Assembly (NCBI RefSeq): GCF_009914755.1
Contig: NC_060928.1
Direction: 5' to 3' (one strand)
DNA from: the human T2T-CHM13v2.0 reference genome, Homo sapiens
DNA: 64,000 nt
In this document: positions 14,370 to 27,399 of the stretch, piece after piece
Numbering within the stretch: position 1 is the first letter of the stretch
Layout of the letters: each line of letters opens with the position of its first letter
Program-made: the position numbers and the translations under genes
The notes under the pieces: model-generated
The model's input: the letters and a program-made list of their open reading frames with translations, nothing else
The model's database searches: none
What the model was told of the DNA's origin: nothing

Positions 14370-14655
14370 GGGATCCCTCATTGAGAGGGAGGTCAGAGAA
14401 AGTTTCCATGAAAAAATCATATCTAAATGGATATTTGAAAATTATATGAGTTAATGGAAATAAGCAAGTAGTGGGGAAGGAGGTATTTTACAGAGAAATA
14501 GCACATGCAAAGACCCTGTGAGATGGAAGCAACACACTATATTGGAGAAAAAAGAGATCAAGTTCAATTTTGAGGAAAAAAGAGAAGTTCAAAGTTAAAA
14601 TCATGTTAATGATTTTAGTCTTTGTCTTAAGAGGAAAAAGAAACTCTTAAAGGGC
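14370..14655 (-). mobile_element. L2 fragment
   Basis: GGTCAGAGAAAGTTTCCATGA...CAGAGAAATAGCACATGCAAAGACCCTGTG is typical antisense L2. Confidence 0.65.
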
Positions 14656-14664
14656 TACAATATT

Positions 14665-16550
14665 GTCAAAAAGAATAGAATACTTAGGAATAAATTTAAC
14701 CAAGGAGGAGAAAGACTTGTACACTAAAACTACAAAATGTTACTGAAAGAAATTAAATATGCAAATTAATGAAAAGTAACCTCATGATCACGGATTGAAA
14801 TACTTAATTACGCTAAGATGTCTTTACCACTCAAAGTCTCAAAGTGATCTACAGATTCAATTGCAATCTCTGTCAAAATCCTAACAAAATCTTTTGTAGC
14901 AATAGAAAAATTCATCTAAAATTCACATGGAATCTCAAGAGGTCCTGAATAGCTAAAAACAAAATTGAACAGAAAAGGATTAGAAGCCTCATGCTTCCTG
15001 ATTTCAAAACTTACTATAAAATCATAGTAATCAAAACAGTAAGATTCTGTCATTAAGACTGACATATAGATCAATGTAATAGATGAGAGATCTCAGAAAT
15101 AAATCCTTGCATAAATGGTCAAATGGTTTTTAACAAGGATGTCAAGGGCACTCCATGGAAAAAAGCAATCTTTTGCACAAATGGTGTTAGGAAAGCTAGA
15201 TATTAATATGCAACTTTTTTTTCAATGAAGTTGGACTCTTAGCTTACAACATACATAAAACTTAACACAAGTTAAGGTGTCTAAAACTTAACACAAGTTT
15301 CTAAAGGCAAAAGCTAAAACTATAAAACTCTTAGAAGAAAACAGGGGAAAACCTTCTAGTGTTGAATTTATCAATGATTTCCTAGGATATGACATCAAAA
15401 CACAGGAAACAACAACAACAAAATAGAATAGTTGGACTCATTCTAAATTAAAAACTTTGCACATTGAAGGACACTATCAACAGAACAAAACACAACCTGA
15501 TGAATGTGAGAAAATGTTTGCAAATCATATATTTCATAAGGAATTAGTATCCAGTATATAAAAAATTCTGTAATTCAACAGTAAAGCAAACCACCTGACA
15601 AAAAAGTAGACAAAAAATCTGAATAGACATTTTTCCAAAGACGATATGTAAGTGTCTAATAAGCACATAAAAATATGTTCAACATTCACCAATCACTAGG
15701 GAAATACAAACCAAACCACAGTGAGATACCACTTCACCCCTTCCTTAGAACAGCTATTATTATAAAGACAATAACAAGTGTTGACAAGAATATGAAGAAA
15801 TTGTAACAATTGTGCATCATTGGTAAAAATGTAAAATACTGCTGCCACTGTGGAAAACTGTATGGCAATTCCTCAAAAAGTCAAACAAAATTACCATGTG
15901 ATCTAGCAAGTCCACTTTGGGATATATACCCCAAAAATTGAAAACAGAGACTGAAACAGATATTTGTACACTTATGTTCATATCAACATATTAATAACAG
16001 CCAAAAGGTAGAGGCAACCCAAGTGTCCAGTGTTCATCAACAGATGAATGGATACACAAAACGTGGTGTATATATGTGTGTATGTATGTGTATGTATGTG
16101 TATGTGTGTATACTTATATATATATTCATATATACATACATACACATGTATAAAAGAATGTTAGTCGCCCCTATAAAGGAAGAAAATTCTGAAACATGTT
16201 ACAACATGGATTAATTTTCAAATCATTGTGCTAAGTGAAATAAGGTAATCAGAAAAAGAAAGATATTATATTATTCCACTTATAGGAGATAGCTAGAGTC
16301 ATCCTAAATTCATAGAAACAGGAAGTAGAATGATGGTTGCCAAGGGTTTTTGGAAGAGGGGAGAACAGAAAGCATTAACCAATACAGAGTTTCAGGTGAA
16401 ATAGATGAAAACATTCTAGAAGTGAATGGTGATAATGATTGTACAACAATGTTAATATACTCAGTGCCACAGAACTGTACATTTTAAGATGGTTAAGCAT
16501 AAACAAAATGGTAAAATTTATGTCATGTATACTTAACCATTTTTCAAAAA
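14665..16550 (+). mobile_element. L1MB-type element: ORF2 C-terminal part and 3' UTR, non-coding
   Basis: AATACTTAGGAATAAATTTAACCAAGGAGG, AAAGTGATCTACAGATTCAA, GTGAGATACCACTTCAC, and a 3' UTR GATGAAAACATTCTAGAAGTGAATGG...GCCACAGAACTGTACA. Confidence 0.93.
16066..16150. repeat. (TG)/(TA) compound microsatellite within the L1
   Basis: GTATATATGTGTGTATGTATGTG...ATATACATACATACAC. Confidence 0.85.
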
Positions 16551-16797
16551 TGGGAGCAACATATCTTTCTGTATATCTAAGTAATTCTTCAAACTCAAGT
16601 TATTCATAAAGAGATCTCTGAAATATGTCTCAATTCTTCTCTTCACACTCAGAATTTATCAAATGTATGTACCATTTATTTGTCAAAATGTATGTACCAT
16701 TTATTTGTATAGTCTTATTGATTGTACTAGATATTTTATAAGTTTTGCATTTTCTAAATAATTCTTGAAATGAGCAGGCAAAAAGATGCATATATGT

Positions 16798-16828
16798 ACA
16801 CACACACACACACAGACACACACACACA
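16798..16828. repeat. (CA)n microsatellite
   Basis: ACACACACACACACACAGACACACACACA. Confidence 0.9.
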
Positions 16829-17760
16829 ATGTAATGTCTTAGATAATTCAGGTCAGCAAAAGTGGTTTTGATTGATTGATTAGTTTATTTTTATGTATAG
16901 TGACAACATCTTTTGATGAATAGTAGCATATCCGTTTTGCAAGTATCAGACTTACAGAATCTTCAATTACTTAATGCAAAGTACAACTTGGAAGAAAACA
17001 GTAAGAAATATTTTTTCTCCATCTAAAGTGAAACTTATGCTCGTAATAGAGGAGAAGTAAAAATGCCCTAATACCAAATGGCATTACAATATAACACATT
17101 TTAAGAATCAAGATTACTGCCATGACTTACTGGCATTTTGTTTTCTTCATTCAGCTCTACAAAATGTCAGTTTATGGAATGGAATTACTAAAAATGAACA
17201 ATGAAAATCCAACAATCAGAAAACACAGAGTTTGGGGTTATTGAGTGTAGTTCACTAGAGAGACCAGCCCTGAATATTTATCAAAAACAATTGTTTATAT
17301 TTAGAAAAATATGAAATTTTATTCAGTACACTCTGACAACATAGAAAATCTGCCATTACTTTTAGAAATGTTCAATAAGAAAATATGTATTTTTAAAAGA
17401 TCATAATTTAACATTTTAAGCTTCTCTAATTAGAAAAAATTATTCATCCCAGAAATATGATTTGCTCATACTGGAAATGCCTGGTATGTCATATGTTTTT
17501 CCATTTCACTCTGCATGTTTTAGTTCAATTCAGTTGGGTGCAAATTCAAAGTTAAACATATAAACAAGTAAAAATCATAACTTTAGTTAAGGCAAAAAAT
17601 TATAGAACTTTGTAACAGTGTTGTGTTTGAATATAATAAAAAGTTGAAGAACACTTTTAAATGTAACCTACCTACATCATCATCTGATTCTTGCATGTCT
17701 GGTTTATGCACAATAAACTGGAAAAACATAACAGACAAGCAAAAAATGTGATTGTAGTTG

Positions 17761-18232
17761 TGTGTTAGCTTTTGATTGCTGCTGTAACAAATTGCCAAAA
17801 ACTTAGTGGCTTAAAGCAATACAAATTCATTATCTTAGTTTTGTAAGTTAGAAGTTTGCCATGGATCATCTGGGTTAAAACCAAAGTGTCAGCAAGGTTG
17901 CATTTCTTTCTGGAGGCTCAAATAGAGAATCAATTTCATTAGCTTTTGCAACTTCTACAGGCTGCCCACATTCCTTGTCTAGTGACCTCCTTCGTACATC
18001 TTCAAAACAAGCTATGTTGCACTTCTCTGTAAATTGAGTCAGGAAAGGTCTTCTTTTATGAAATCATGTGATTAGGTAAGGCTCACCCAAATAATCCAGG
18101 AGTCTTCCCATATCAAGACCCTTAACTTTAATCACACTTGCAAAGTCTCTTTTGCCATGTAAGGTAATACATTCACAGTTTCCAGGGATTAGGATGTGGC
18201 TACCTTTGAAAGCCATTATTCTGCCTACCACA
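17761..18232 (-). mobile_element. Solo MLT1D-like LTR (MaLR)
   Basis: TGTGTTAGCTTT..TTGCTGCTGTAACAAATTGCCAAAAACTTAGTGGCTTAAA...GGGATTAGGATGTGG...GCCATTATTCTGCCTACCACA. Confidence 0.9.
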
Positions 18233-19394
18233 AGTTGTCTCTAAATTATGTTTTTATAAAAAATAAATTAGATCGATAGCTTCAGAATGGCAATTTTGCT
18301 CTAATTATATACATTAGGTATAGTGCATGCCAGTAGTTTCTTCTTCCAATTCAGTATCTCTTAAGTAAGCAATTGCAACTAGAGGGTATAAATTTCCATG
18401 TATTTTCTATCCTTAAACAAACATAAAGAGAGCATAAAACCACCTTAGTGCACAAGAAGATTCCATGATACATTTATATCAGTGGTTATTATTCTAGTTT
18501 TCATGTGAAGATTTCATCCTGCTTGATACTTTACACCTTCCTTCTGTAGTGCCTTTCCCCTATAATTTATGTATGCTACAGTGTTCACAAGGAAAATACA
18601 TATATTAAAATCAGTTTGTGCCATGAGACTTCTCTATTTGATGAAAGTCGAATCTGGCTCAGGTATAATAAAAAATATCAAATAAAATATAGCAACTCAA
18701 ATATCTATATGTAGGTACTAACAGTATGATCTCCAAAAATAATGTTTCTGAAGCACAGTCTATGTGGTTTATGGTGAATATGTTTGGTTAAATAGCTAAA
18801 TATCTGTCCCAGGTTCTTTTCCAGTGTGCCTTCTTTTTCTTCAAAGGCTGGAAAGTTTAGAAACTACTCTTCCTGGATTCTTTTGTACCTAAAGTTTCTA
18901 ATGAAACAATTTTATTAATTGCAATTTTACTCTTTATATGGCCCTTTCATGTTTAATTGGTTAACGTTATTATATTTTTATTTCTTTAAATGAAACATAT
19001 TTCACATTTATTATTTGTCATTAGGATAATGAAAACAATTAAAGTTTATCCATTTTCATTTGAAATGTCAGCTATGTCTCATAGAATGTGAATTTCTATT
19101 TTTATCCGATTATGTTCAGAAAATAGGACCTGTTTTTAGAGTCTAACACTGAATTATTTCTAGAAAGAAATCACTTAGCTTTTGGTTTCTAATTTTGTTT
19201 TCAACACATTATCTTGTGTTATGTTGTGATTTTCTTGTTTTTATTAATCTTACTAAGGAAAATATATCTGTGAATACATTCCCAAGGATTCATATCAAGA
19301 ATTTAGACCTGATTGTTATTTCATTTTTATGTATTCATTATTCAATAACTATTCAGTCTACAGACCTGTCATGATATCTACCTTTCTAGCAGAA

Positions 19395-19568
19395 ACTGCA
19401 CATAAACTTTGCCCTACTTAGATTGTTTATTGTTGTCTCCACCTGTGTAGACTAGTAGGTCTATTAGAGCAGAGAGTTTTATCCCGTTTCACTCACTGAC
19501 ATAGCCTTAGCATATAGATGAGTGCCTGACACTTAGCAGTCTCAGTACTATTAGCTGAATAAATGAAT
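19395..19568 (+). mobile_element. L2a 3' end
   Basis: AGTGCCTGACACTTAGCAGTCTCAGTACTATTAGCTGAATAAATGAAT is the L2 tail. Confidence 0.75.
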
Positions 19569-20205
19569 TTACAGAGTGCCTATTGTATGCCACACACTGT
19601 TCTGGGCTCTTGAGATGTATCTGTGAAAAAAAAAAAACAAAACCCTATGGAGCTTACAAACCATGAGTGGAAGAAGTCAAATAGCCAATAAAATATAGTT
19701 ATAAAAATTAAGCTATACAGAACACTAAAAGATGATAAATACTATAAAAAGGAAAGGGCATGACAAGGACAAAGAAAGTCAGAAGTCATTGGCCAAGAAG
19801 AGGAGTGGTGGGGTTGTAGCAGCAGTAGTATTCAATATGGTGGTCACCGTAGGATGTACCAAGAAACATTTGAGCCAAGTCTTAGAAGTAAAGGTACTAA
19901 CTCTGAGGAAAGAGGAGGGAGAGAAAATCCAAACAGAAGACACAGTCACATTAGGGCAAGGAGATTCCATACAGAACAAATGGTAGAGTAGAAGGAGGAA
20001 GGGACAGGTAGAAGAAGATGAGATCAGAGTGATGAGGAGAGGGTAAAAATCTTGTGACCCTCAGAAGCCAGAGAATGGATTTTCGTGTTTTATTTTTAGT
20101 AAAACGGACCATTGAGGAATTTTTAACAGAGACGTGGCACCTTGTCTACATTTAAAGGGATCATTTAAATGGTTGGCATGTTGAGAATAAGCAGTAGGAA
20201 GTAGA
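19569..20205 (-). mobile_element. L2 3' region, tail-to-tail with the previous L2
   Basis: GAGTGCCTATTGTATGCCACACACTGTTCTGGGCTCT...CCCTATGGAGCTTACA...CATTTGAGCCAAG...GATGAGATCAGAG...CCATTGAGGAATTTT. Confidence 0.75.
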
Positions 20206-20401
20206 ATGGTGAGTTTTGTAGCACAGTGTATTTATCCTTTCAGTAAGACCAATCAATCTGGACACCCAAGCATAGCTGAGCATTAGCTGCATGTTGTTTA
20301 ATGTAGAACTAGCAGGAGTATAAATTTTAGAAACTGACCTTGTAGATTGTTTCTTACAAATCAGAGATGCTGAATTAAGTCTTCCTTAAAAAAGGGAGAA
20401 T

Positions 20402-20768
20402 GGTTTTCCCCCTCCTTTTTATCTGAGGGGGATACATTTCAATACCCCTGTTGGGTATCTGAAGCCATGAAGGTTACCAAACCAACTAGCTACATACTTT
20501 GCTTTTTAGAGCTGATGACCCAGATGGTTACTTAGTCATTAATAAGCAGATAGGATACACAGTATGGATACTGTGAACAAGAGAATGGTTTACTTCCCAG
20601 TGGGGCCAGAGCAGAGAGCTCAAACTTTCATCACACTACTCAGAACAATGTGAAATTTACAATTTATGAATTGTTTCTGGAATTTTTCACTTAATATTTT
20701 TGGACCAAGATTGGCTGCTGGTAACTGAAACTGTGGAAAGCAAAATCACAGATAAGGGGGCTTGTTGT
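20402..20768 (-). mobile_element. MER44A/B (Tigger7-derived non-autonomous DNA transposon)
   Basis: TTTCATCACACTACTCAGAAC...GGTAACTGAAACTGTGGAAAGCAAAATCACAGATAAGGGGG; degenerate terminal inverted repeats. Confidence 0.85.
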
Positions 20769-22390
20769 AGATCTTTTAATGTAAATTAATTTTTTAAAAT
20801 TTTCTAATTTATTTAGCATTTAATAAATGTGGCCATTTTTCTTTTCTATTTCTGAGTGCTGTATTTCCAGCTCTAGCATCTAGTATTTAGGCAAACTCCA
20901 TCATATGTAATTTCCTCAGATTTTCTAGATGGCTGCTCAGAATCTACTAAAACATATCCTGTAAAACTAGTGGAGGTCATCAAAAGCTTATATTCAATGG
21001 GAATAATTGTTCACTTTTTAAAATGGGATGCCCCAAATTTGAGTACAGTGCTTTCTCATAAAAGCAGAAGAAAATTAGATTAATTCCTCTTGTGACTAAA
21101 AATGAATATAAATCCAATATATGCTTATTAAATATCTACTATACGTAAATCTATCTACTATATATCAATGTAGTGTACATGAGCTTAAAATGCAATTCAT
21201 CAAAAATACTACTTTTATAGGATATATTTTATAAAGATAATATTTTATATTTTTACTTACATTTCTGCTCCCTAAAATTTTTTTTTAAAAGTTGCTATAA
21301 TATGCTAATACATTTATGACATGCTTCAATAATTTCCCTTCCATTAAGCAATTATATTGTTTTCCCCACCTCAACCCCTGATTAGGAAAATGGAGAGCAG
21401 GCTACAGACTAGCAATACGTAATGCAAAACAAATCCAAAATTAGTCACTCCCTTGTCCCTTTCCAATGAGCACAGAAATAATAATTACTAGAATCTTAAT
21501 TACAATGTTCTTTTTAGGCCACATAATACACAGATAAGTGAAGTGTTTAAATTCCTAAAACACTTAATTGCAAAGACTTTTTTTTGGGCCCTATAAATTA
21601 CAAAAGCTGAGCTATTTGATGTATTGCCACCATCACCTTCTCATGCAAAATATGAATGAAAATAAAAGGCAAATTTGTGTCTGTGGCATCAGTGTATCTT
21701 TGGCATTTCTCTAAGGTCTACAGATGCCACCACTAATAAAGAGACGTTAAAGAATAATGAGCTCAAATCTCTCATATTTTGAATGGTGAAAAAAATTTAT
21801 GTTTCAGAGATCACATAGGGCCAAAATTGTGTAAATGCACACAAATCACTGCAAGAATTATATTTGCGATCCCTATTCTTATGGAAGACCTGTACATGTA
21901 AGTTTCTAATCTGTTATTGGCATGAGAAAATCAATATTTGACAAGGGAAATTTTTCCATGACAACTAAATCTTATTTATTTATTTATTCCTGAATTTAAA
22001 AGTATTATTAAAGTTTTAAGCACTAAGCTTTTGAAATGATCTCATTTCTATTTATTTTTGAAAGGGTTTTGGCACAGTACGCTAGATTCTGTTGATTTCT
22101 AAATACAGTATTAATGTTCTTGCTTGCTGGCTTAGAAATATAAAACTTTCCTTAAGAACACTTTAGAAAATTATTTTACTGTTAACCTGATTGGCAAAGA
22201 AGTATGGTAATATTTTATATTCATGATTATCTAGAGTAACTGATACTCTAGATAAAATCACTTTCATCTAGATTTTAAGGATAAAGACTCTCCATTTTGT
22301 ACCAGTGGTCTAATCTTTGGAACACCCATTAAAGTGCCTTGCATAGAGTGTCTAATAAGCAGATTTATCTGGAAACATCAATCCTCTTTC

Positions 22391-22497
22391 TTTTTATTTA
22401 TTTCTTTTTTTTCAGAAGGAGTTTCGCTCTTGTTGCCCTTGCTGGAGTGCAACGACATGACCTTGGCTCACTGCAGCCTCCGCCTCCCGGGTTCAAG
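22391..22497 (-). mobile_element. 5'-truncated Alu, about 85 bp of the right arm (AluSp/Sq-like)
   Basis: T-tail-GGAGTTTCGCTCTTGTTGCCC...CCTCCCGGGTTCAAG; TSD ATCAAT(C)CTCTTTCT at 22377-22391 and 22501-22514. Confidence 0.92.
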
Positions 22498-25400
22498 GCT
22501 ATCAATCTCTTTCTATGCATCCATCTATATATATAGAAACTTTCACACATACATGCAGAAGGAAATTATTGTGTTTTAAAAATCTTAGGTGGATCATGGA
22601 AAAGAAAATGAGCAGATAAATATATGTCCCCAAATTTTATATATGTTTGAACATGAAAACAAACAAAATTATTTACTTCCATTTATATATGGAAGAATTC
22701 ATATAAAAGTGAATTTTGCTACATGTTATAGACAGCTTCTAGAGATGGTTTATGGATTCTCCTGGAATCCTAAAATTCAGTGACTGATTGATTCGCCTTT
22801 TCAAAAAAATCAATAACTGATTGATTTGCCTTTTTAAAAAACAGACAATACATAATCATTCAGATTTGAATAATCAAAATATAGATAAGTTAAAAGAAAG
22901 AAACTACTATCCTTAATAAATCTACCAATTGTTAATAATCTAGACATGCTATTGAAAAAATATGCTGAATCCACACTACTAAAAATTCAATACACATTGC
23001 CATTAAAATGTGAATTATTATCCAAATATTTTTTGACATTTATAACTACTGTTATATAGATATAAACAGTTGATGATGAAATCTGAGAAAAAAACTTATA
23101 TTTGTAAAATTTCTAAAATGTCAAACTTTTATAAATGTAATTGATGGCATTTTATAAATTTTTTACCTATATAAATAATAAATTTATTAATTTCATATAT
23201 ATTTGTTATGTATTATATAATTTACTTAGTAAAAACATTACTAAGCTTTAAATATGTAAATTATATTAAACCAATTGATGAAAAACCCAATAAGCTGAAA
23301 AAGCTCTCCCTCCTTATCTTTTTTAAGAAGGAAAAAATATATTTTTTATCAATTTTATTTCCTTGAATTTTAAATTTTCTTCCTCTACTTGTACTATCTA
23401 CTCCATAACAAAAATAATTTGAATAAACAACAAAAAATGTACTATAGTACTTGAAGTCTTATATATTGAATAAACCTTGACCATATCAACATATGTTTTT
23501 GTTTTGCATTTAAAACAAACTATTAGTCCTAACCAATTATGATCTATTGCATTGGCTATTTCAAAATGCTATAATGAGCTCATTCGATTATTCATCATTA
23601 AACGGTTCTGATTGCATTATTCATTCATACAGCATGTATTGAATGTTTATCATAAACAAAACAAAATTTTTAGGTAATTTTGCTTTTTAGAGGAGAATAA
23701 CAGAGAATAATACATATTTTTACTTTTAATTATTATTTTAACACAGATGATACATGCACTATATTTATAAATCTTTGAACAGTTAATGAGACATTCGCTT
23801 TTAATATTTGTTTGCTATTAGAAGGTATGTAATGTATTGGTTCAGGTTTCGACACTGAGAAATAGTGTAAATACAATAACACTTGAAGGAAAAGAATATA
23901 GACTTGGTGCTTAGTGATCATTATGAGAACTGAAATGATTGATTCTGACTTGCCCACTGAGTCAGTGTAGAGTTTAATATTTTATGGGAAAATAAATAAA
24001 ACTGACATTATTATTTACATGTAAGAATATACTACCATGGACATAAATACTCACATTTAAAGGCTTACTAAGCTATAAGAGCACTATAAAGTTTATTTTG
24101 CTTTCTCTTACACATCACATTTGTACTGTGAAACATATATTATCAGAAGTCGGTACAGATAAAAAATACAAAATTTGTTGAAGAACTCTGTCTTGTTTAT
24201 CATTACACAGGAAAAAATTGGAATATAAGACAAAAATTATTTTTTTCATACTAGCTACTTTTGAACACTGCTTTGCTCAACAATTTTGCATCCATTAAAA
24301 TAAATATGAGAAGCAAATATTTCAAAGTATAGCTATAAAATACTTGTATGTAGAAATTTGTTGATGCCCTCCTCGGCATCTTGTCCATTGTCTTATTTTA
24401 TTTATTTACTTTATCATATTTTTTCTTCAAGGTAGGCTGAGCTGATGATACACACAAAGACATACACTCATATTCATATGCACACACATCCCAAACAAAA
24501 CACTCAAAAGAGATCTAATTAACCTATTGCCCAAATATTTTCAAATCTAAAATAAGTATATGATTTTGTTTTGTATAAAATATAGTCAGTTCATTCACAA
24601 TCTTTATTATTTTGGTGTGAGTTACAGCTTGGAATCATGTTTGGCTTATATAATCATTGGCAAAATTTTCACTGAAATGTCTAACATATAAGAGAGTAGA
24701 ATAGAGAGGCTGGTTATAAAATTTGAGCCAATAAATGGAGGTCAAATCAATATCAATTTCCAATTTTCCTTATCTGCTTTTGCCTGTATAGTTAGGCACT
24801 GTGTCCTGCCATATATTCACTCACATAGAAAGTAAGTATAGAATCAATGAACTAGAACTCTTTTTCAGATAAGGTTTCATTAAGTTGTTTTCTTGCTTCA
24901 ATTCCATAAATATATTTTTTGTTCCTAACATAAACAGCAGAGCTAATGCATCGAGGGAGGTCATAAGCTAACTTAGTTCAATTTGGGCATTTTTAACTAT
25001 CAACTGTATCATCTTTAGTTAAAACTTTGCTGTTTCTTTTCTTTCCTCTTATCTTATTTAAGCATAACTGCTGGAGTTCTGCAAAGTCTGCTCTGTTGTG
25101 TATGTGGACAATGGTGCAAATGTTGTTAACTATAAGAAAATGTTTGATTTAACTGAAATCGATAAACTTTAGCAAAGGGTAGTCTCATAAACAGCATAAC
25201 TTAAAAAATGTTTAGTTAAATTGTTCCTTCTCCAGTAAGTTTTCATCTTCTTTTGCTGTATGGCTGGTTTATATTTCAACATGATGTCTAATTTATATAC
25301 TTGGTTTCGACATGCAGTTAATTAAACTAGCCATTAAGTAGATTGGAAACTACTAAGGAACAGGGTTTTAATCGGTGTGTTTTCATGACTAAAGATCAGT

Positions 25401-26284
25401 AGAGGAGAAGTTGGAGTTATAGTTGACCACATATTCTTAAATTTTGATTCAGATTCATTTAGTAGCAACACAATCGTGTAATATAAATCTTAAGTGGTTA
25501 TTGGTGGACTTTTAATGTTTTGCTATTCATGAATTTAAAATTCATTCTGAGCTTTCATTTTTTCAATTTATTTAAAAATTTACCTGTAATTCATGAAACC
25601 CTAGAAACAGAGCTTGAGGAAGCCTTTAATTCTTCAGAGTTCCATTTGCTTCCTGTTGTTTCTAAATTAATTTACCTGTTGACTTCATCTATATTAAGCA
25701 TTATACAAACGGCAAGAGCAATGCAACTTTTTCTGGCAGTGGCTTCAATGTATGAAGGGCAATATAATTATCTAGGAGGTTTCACTTTCGAGAGGTCTCT
25801 TGATTTTTGAAAATTATCTCTATGTCAACTTTGAAACACCGTTGAAAAACAGCAGCTGAACAGTATCTTTTATCAGAAATACTGAACAGTATTTCTGATA
25901 CAGTGTACTGAATAGTATTTTATCAGAAAACAAAACAAAAAAGTACCTTTGGAATGCTACTGGTTAAAATATTGCCTGATTAATTTATTCTTAAATTTAA
26001 GTTTATCCTTTCTTTTTTTACATCAGAAAAATTAGATAAAAATTTTGCCCCAAATCAGATTTAATAATTTATCTAAAAATAATAAACGTAAAATATTTTT
26101 TGAAAGAATAATTTATTTCTTTAATCTGTCTTTTTCATGTCCTTGGAGAAAAGGTGGTTTTAATTGGTAATCCTAACTTACTATTTATGCTTCTTGTATT
26201 ACAAATATACTCCTGTGATAACTCAAAATAATTCCATGCAGTATGAAGTAATTATAAGTGATTCAGTAATTAATAATTTCAGTA

Positions 26285-26855
26285 CTAATATTGATATATA
26301 CTTATGTCATCCCAGGCATTGTGATTAGTTATTTACAAAAGTTATTTTATTTATTCATCTACCGTAAATTTATGAAGAATATAATAATATCCAAAGGTTT
26401 TATATGAAGAAACTAACATGAAAATGATTAATAGTCCAAGAATAAACCTAATAAGACCATCAATCCCCAAAGTTTTTGGCACCAGGGGCTGGTTTCATGA
26501 AAGACAAGTTTTCCATGGAAGGTGTTGGGGTAGGGGATGATTTCGGAATGAAACTATTCAACCTCAGATCATCAGGCATTGGATTCTCACAAGAAGCACA
26601 CAAACTAGATACCTCACATGTGCAGTTCACAATAGGGTTCCCACTCCTATGAGAATCTAATGCCACCGCTCATCTCAAAGGAAGAAGAGCTCAGGTGGTA
26701 ATGCTTGCTTGCCCGCCACTCATCTGCTGTGCCGCCTAGATCCTAGCAGGCCACAGGCTGGTACCGGTCCATGGACTGGGGGTTGGGGACCCTTGTAATA
26801 CGTGACTGAGTCAATATTCTAACATTGCTTTTTTAGATTCTAAAGCCAAATTTTA
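26285..26855 (-). mobile_element. MIR split by MER1B
   Basis: CCAGGCATTGTGATTAG...TTTTATATGAAGAAACTAA [MER1B] ...GATTCTAAAGCC. Confidence 0.55.
26457..26795 (+). mobile_element. MER1B (hAT-Charlie non-autonomous DNA transposon)
   Basis: TCCCCAAAGTTTTTGGCACCAGGG.CTGGTTTCATGAAAGACAA...CCTATGAGAATCTAATGCC...GGGGGTTGGGGACCC. Confidence 0.92.
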
Positions 26856-27399
26856 ATCTTAATTTCGAAAATATATGAGACTCAAGTTCTACATCTACTA
26901 AATGAGGAGTTTGAAACAGTTGATCTTTTAAGTCTGATCCCTCTCTCAAAACCTATGATCTAGTACTGAGTAAATTTTAAAGCATATATATTTTTTCTGT
27001 TACCAGGAATTTTACAGTGTACATAAATATAAAAATTAGTAAGAAAAAGTGATTGCTTTGGTTATCTCATATTTTTACATGCTACAAGCAGTATAGTAAG
27101 CCTAAGATGATTTTTTAAGAAAACTGATCATTAGAGTAGATTTTATCTTTATAGTGAAGTTTATGAATTCTTAGGAATCTGTGGCTCATGTTAAGAACTT
27201 TCAGAATATCTGTGTGCACAGATATGTGTGGGACATATGTGAGAACACTCATAAACAGTAACGTTCATTATAATCTCTTGATCGGAATGCTAACTACATC
27301 AGAGAGAAGATGTTTAAATAATTTTCCATTGCTTTAACTGAACGAGTTAATAGAGCTAAGTAGAAGATAAACTTATATAATAAGGTACTCAATAGATAT

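Noticed and set aside
21675-21732. GTGGCATC...GATGCCAC inverted repeat as a possible pre-miRNA
   Set aside because: Only 8 bp pair perfectly and the interior pairs poorly.
25856-25929. CRISPR-like or operator-like repeat cluster
   Set aside because: Only 2-3 overlapping copies with no unique spacers, no cas genes and a primate context; reported instead as a template-switch scar.
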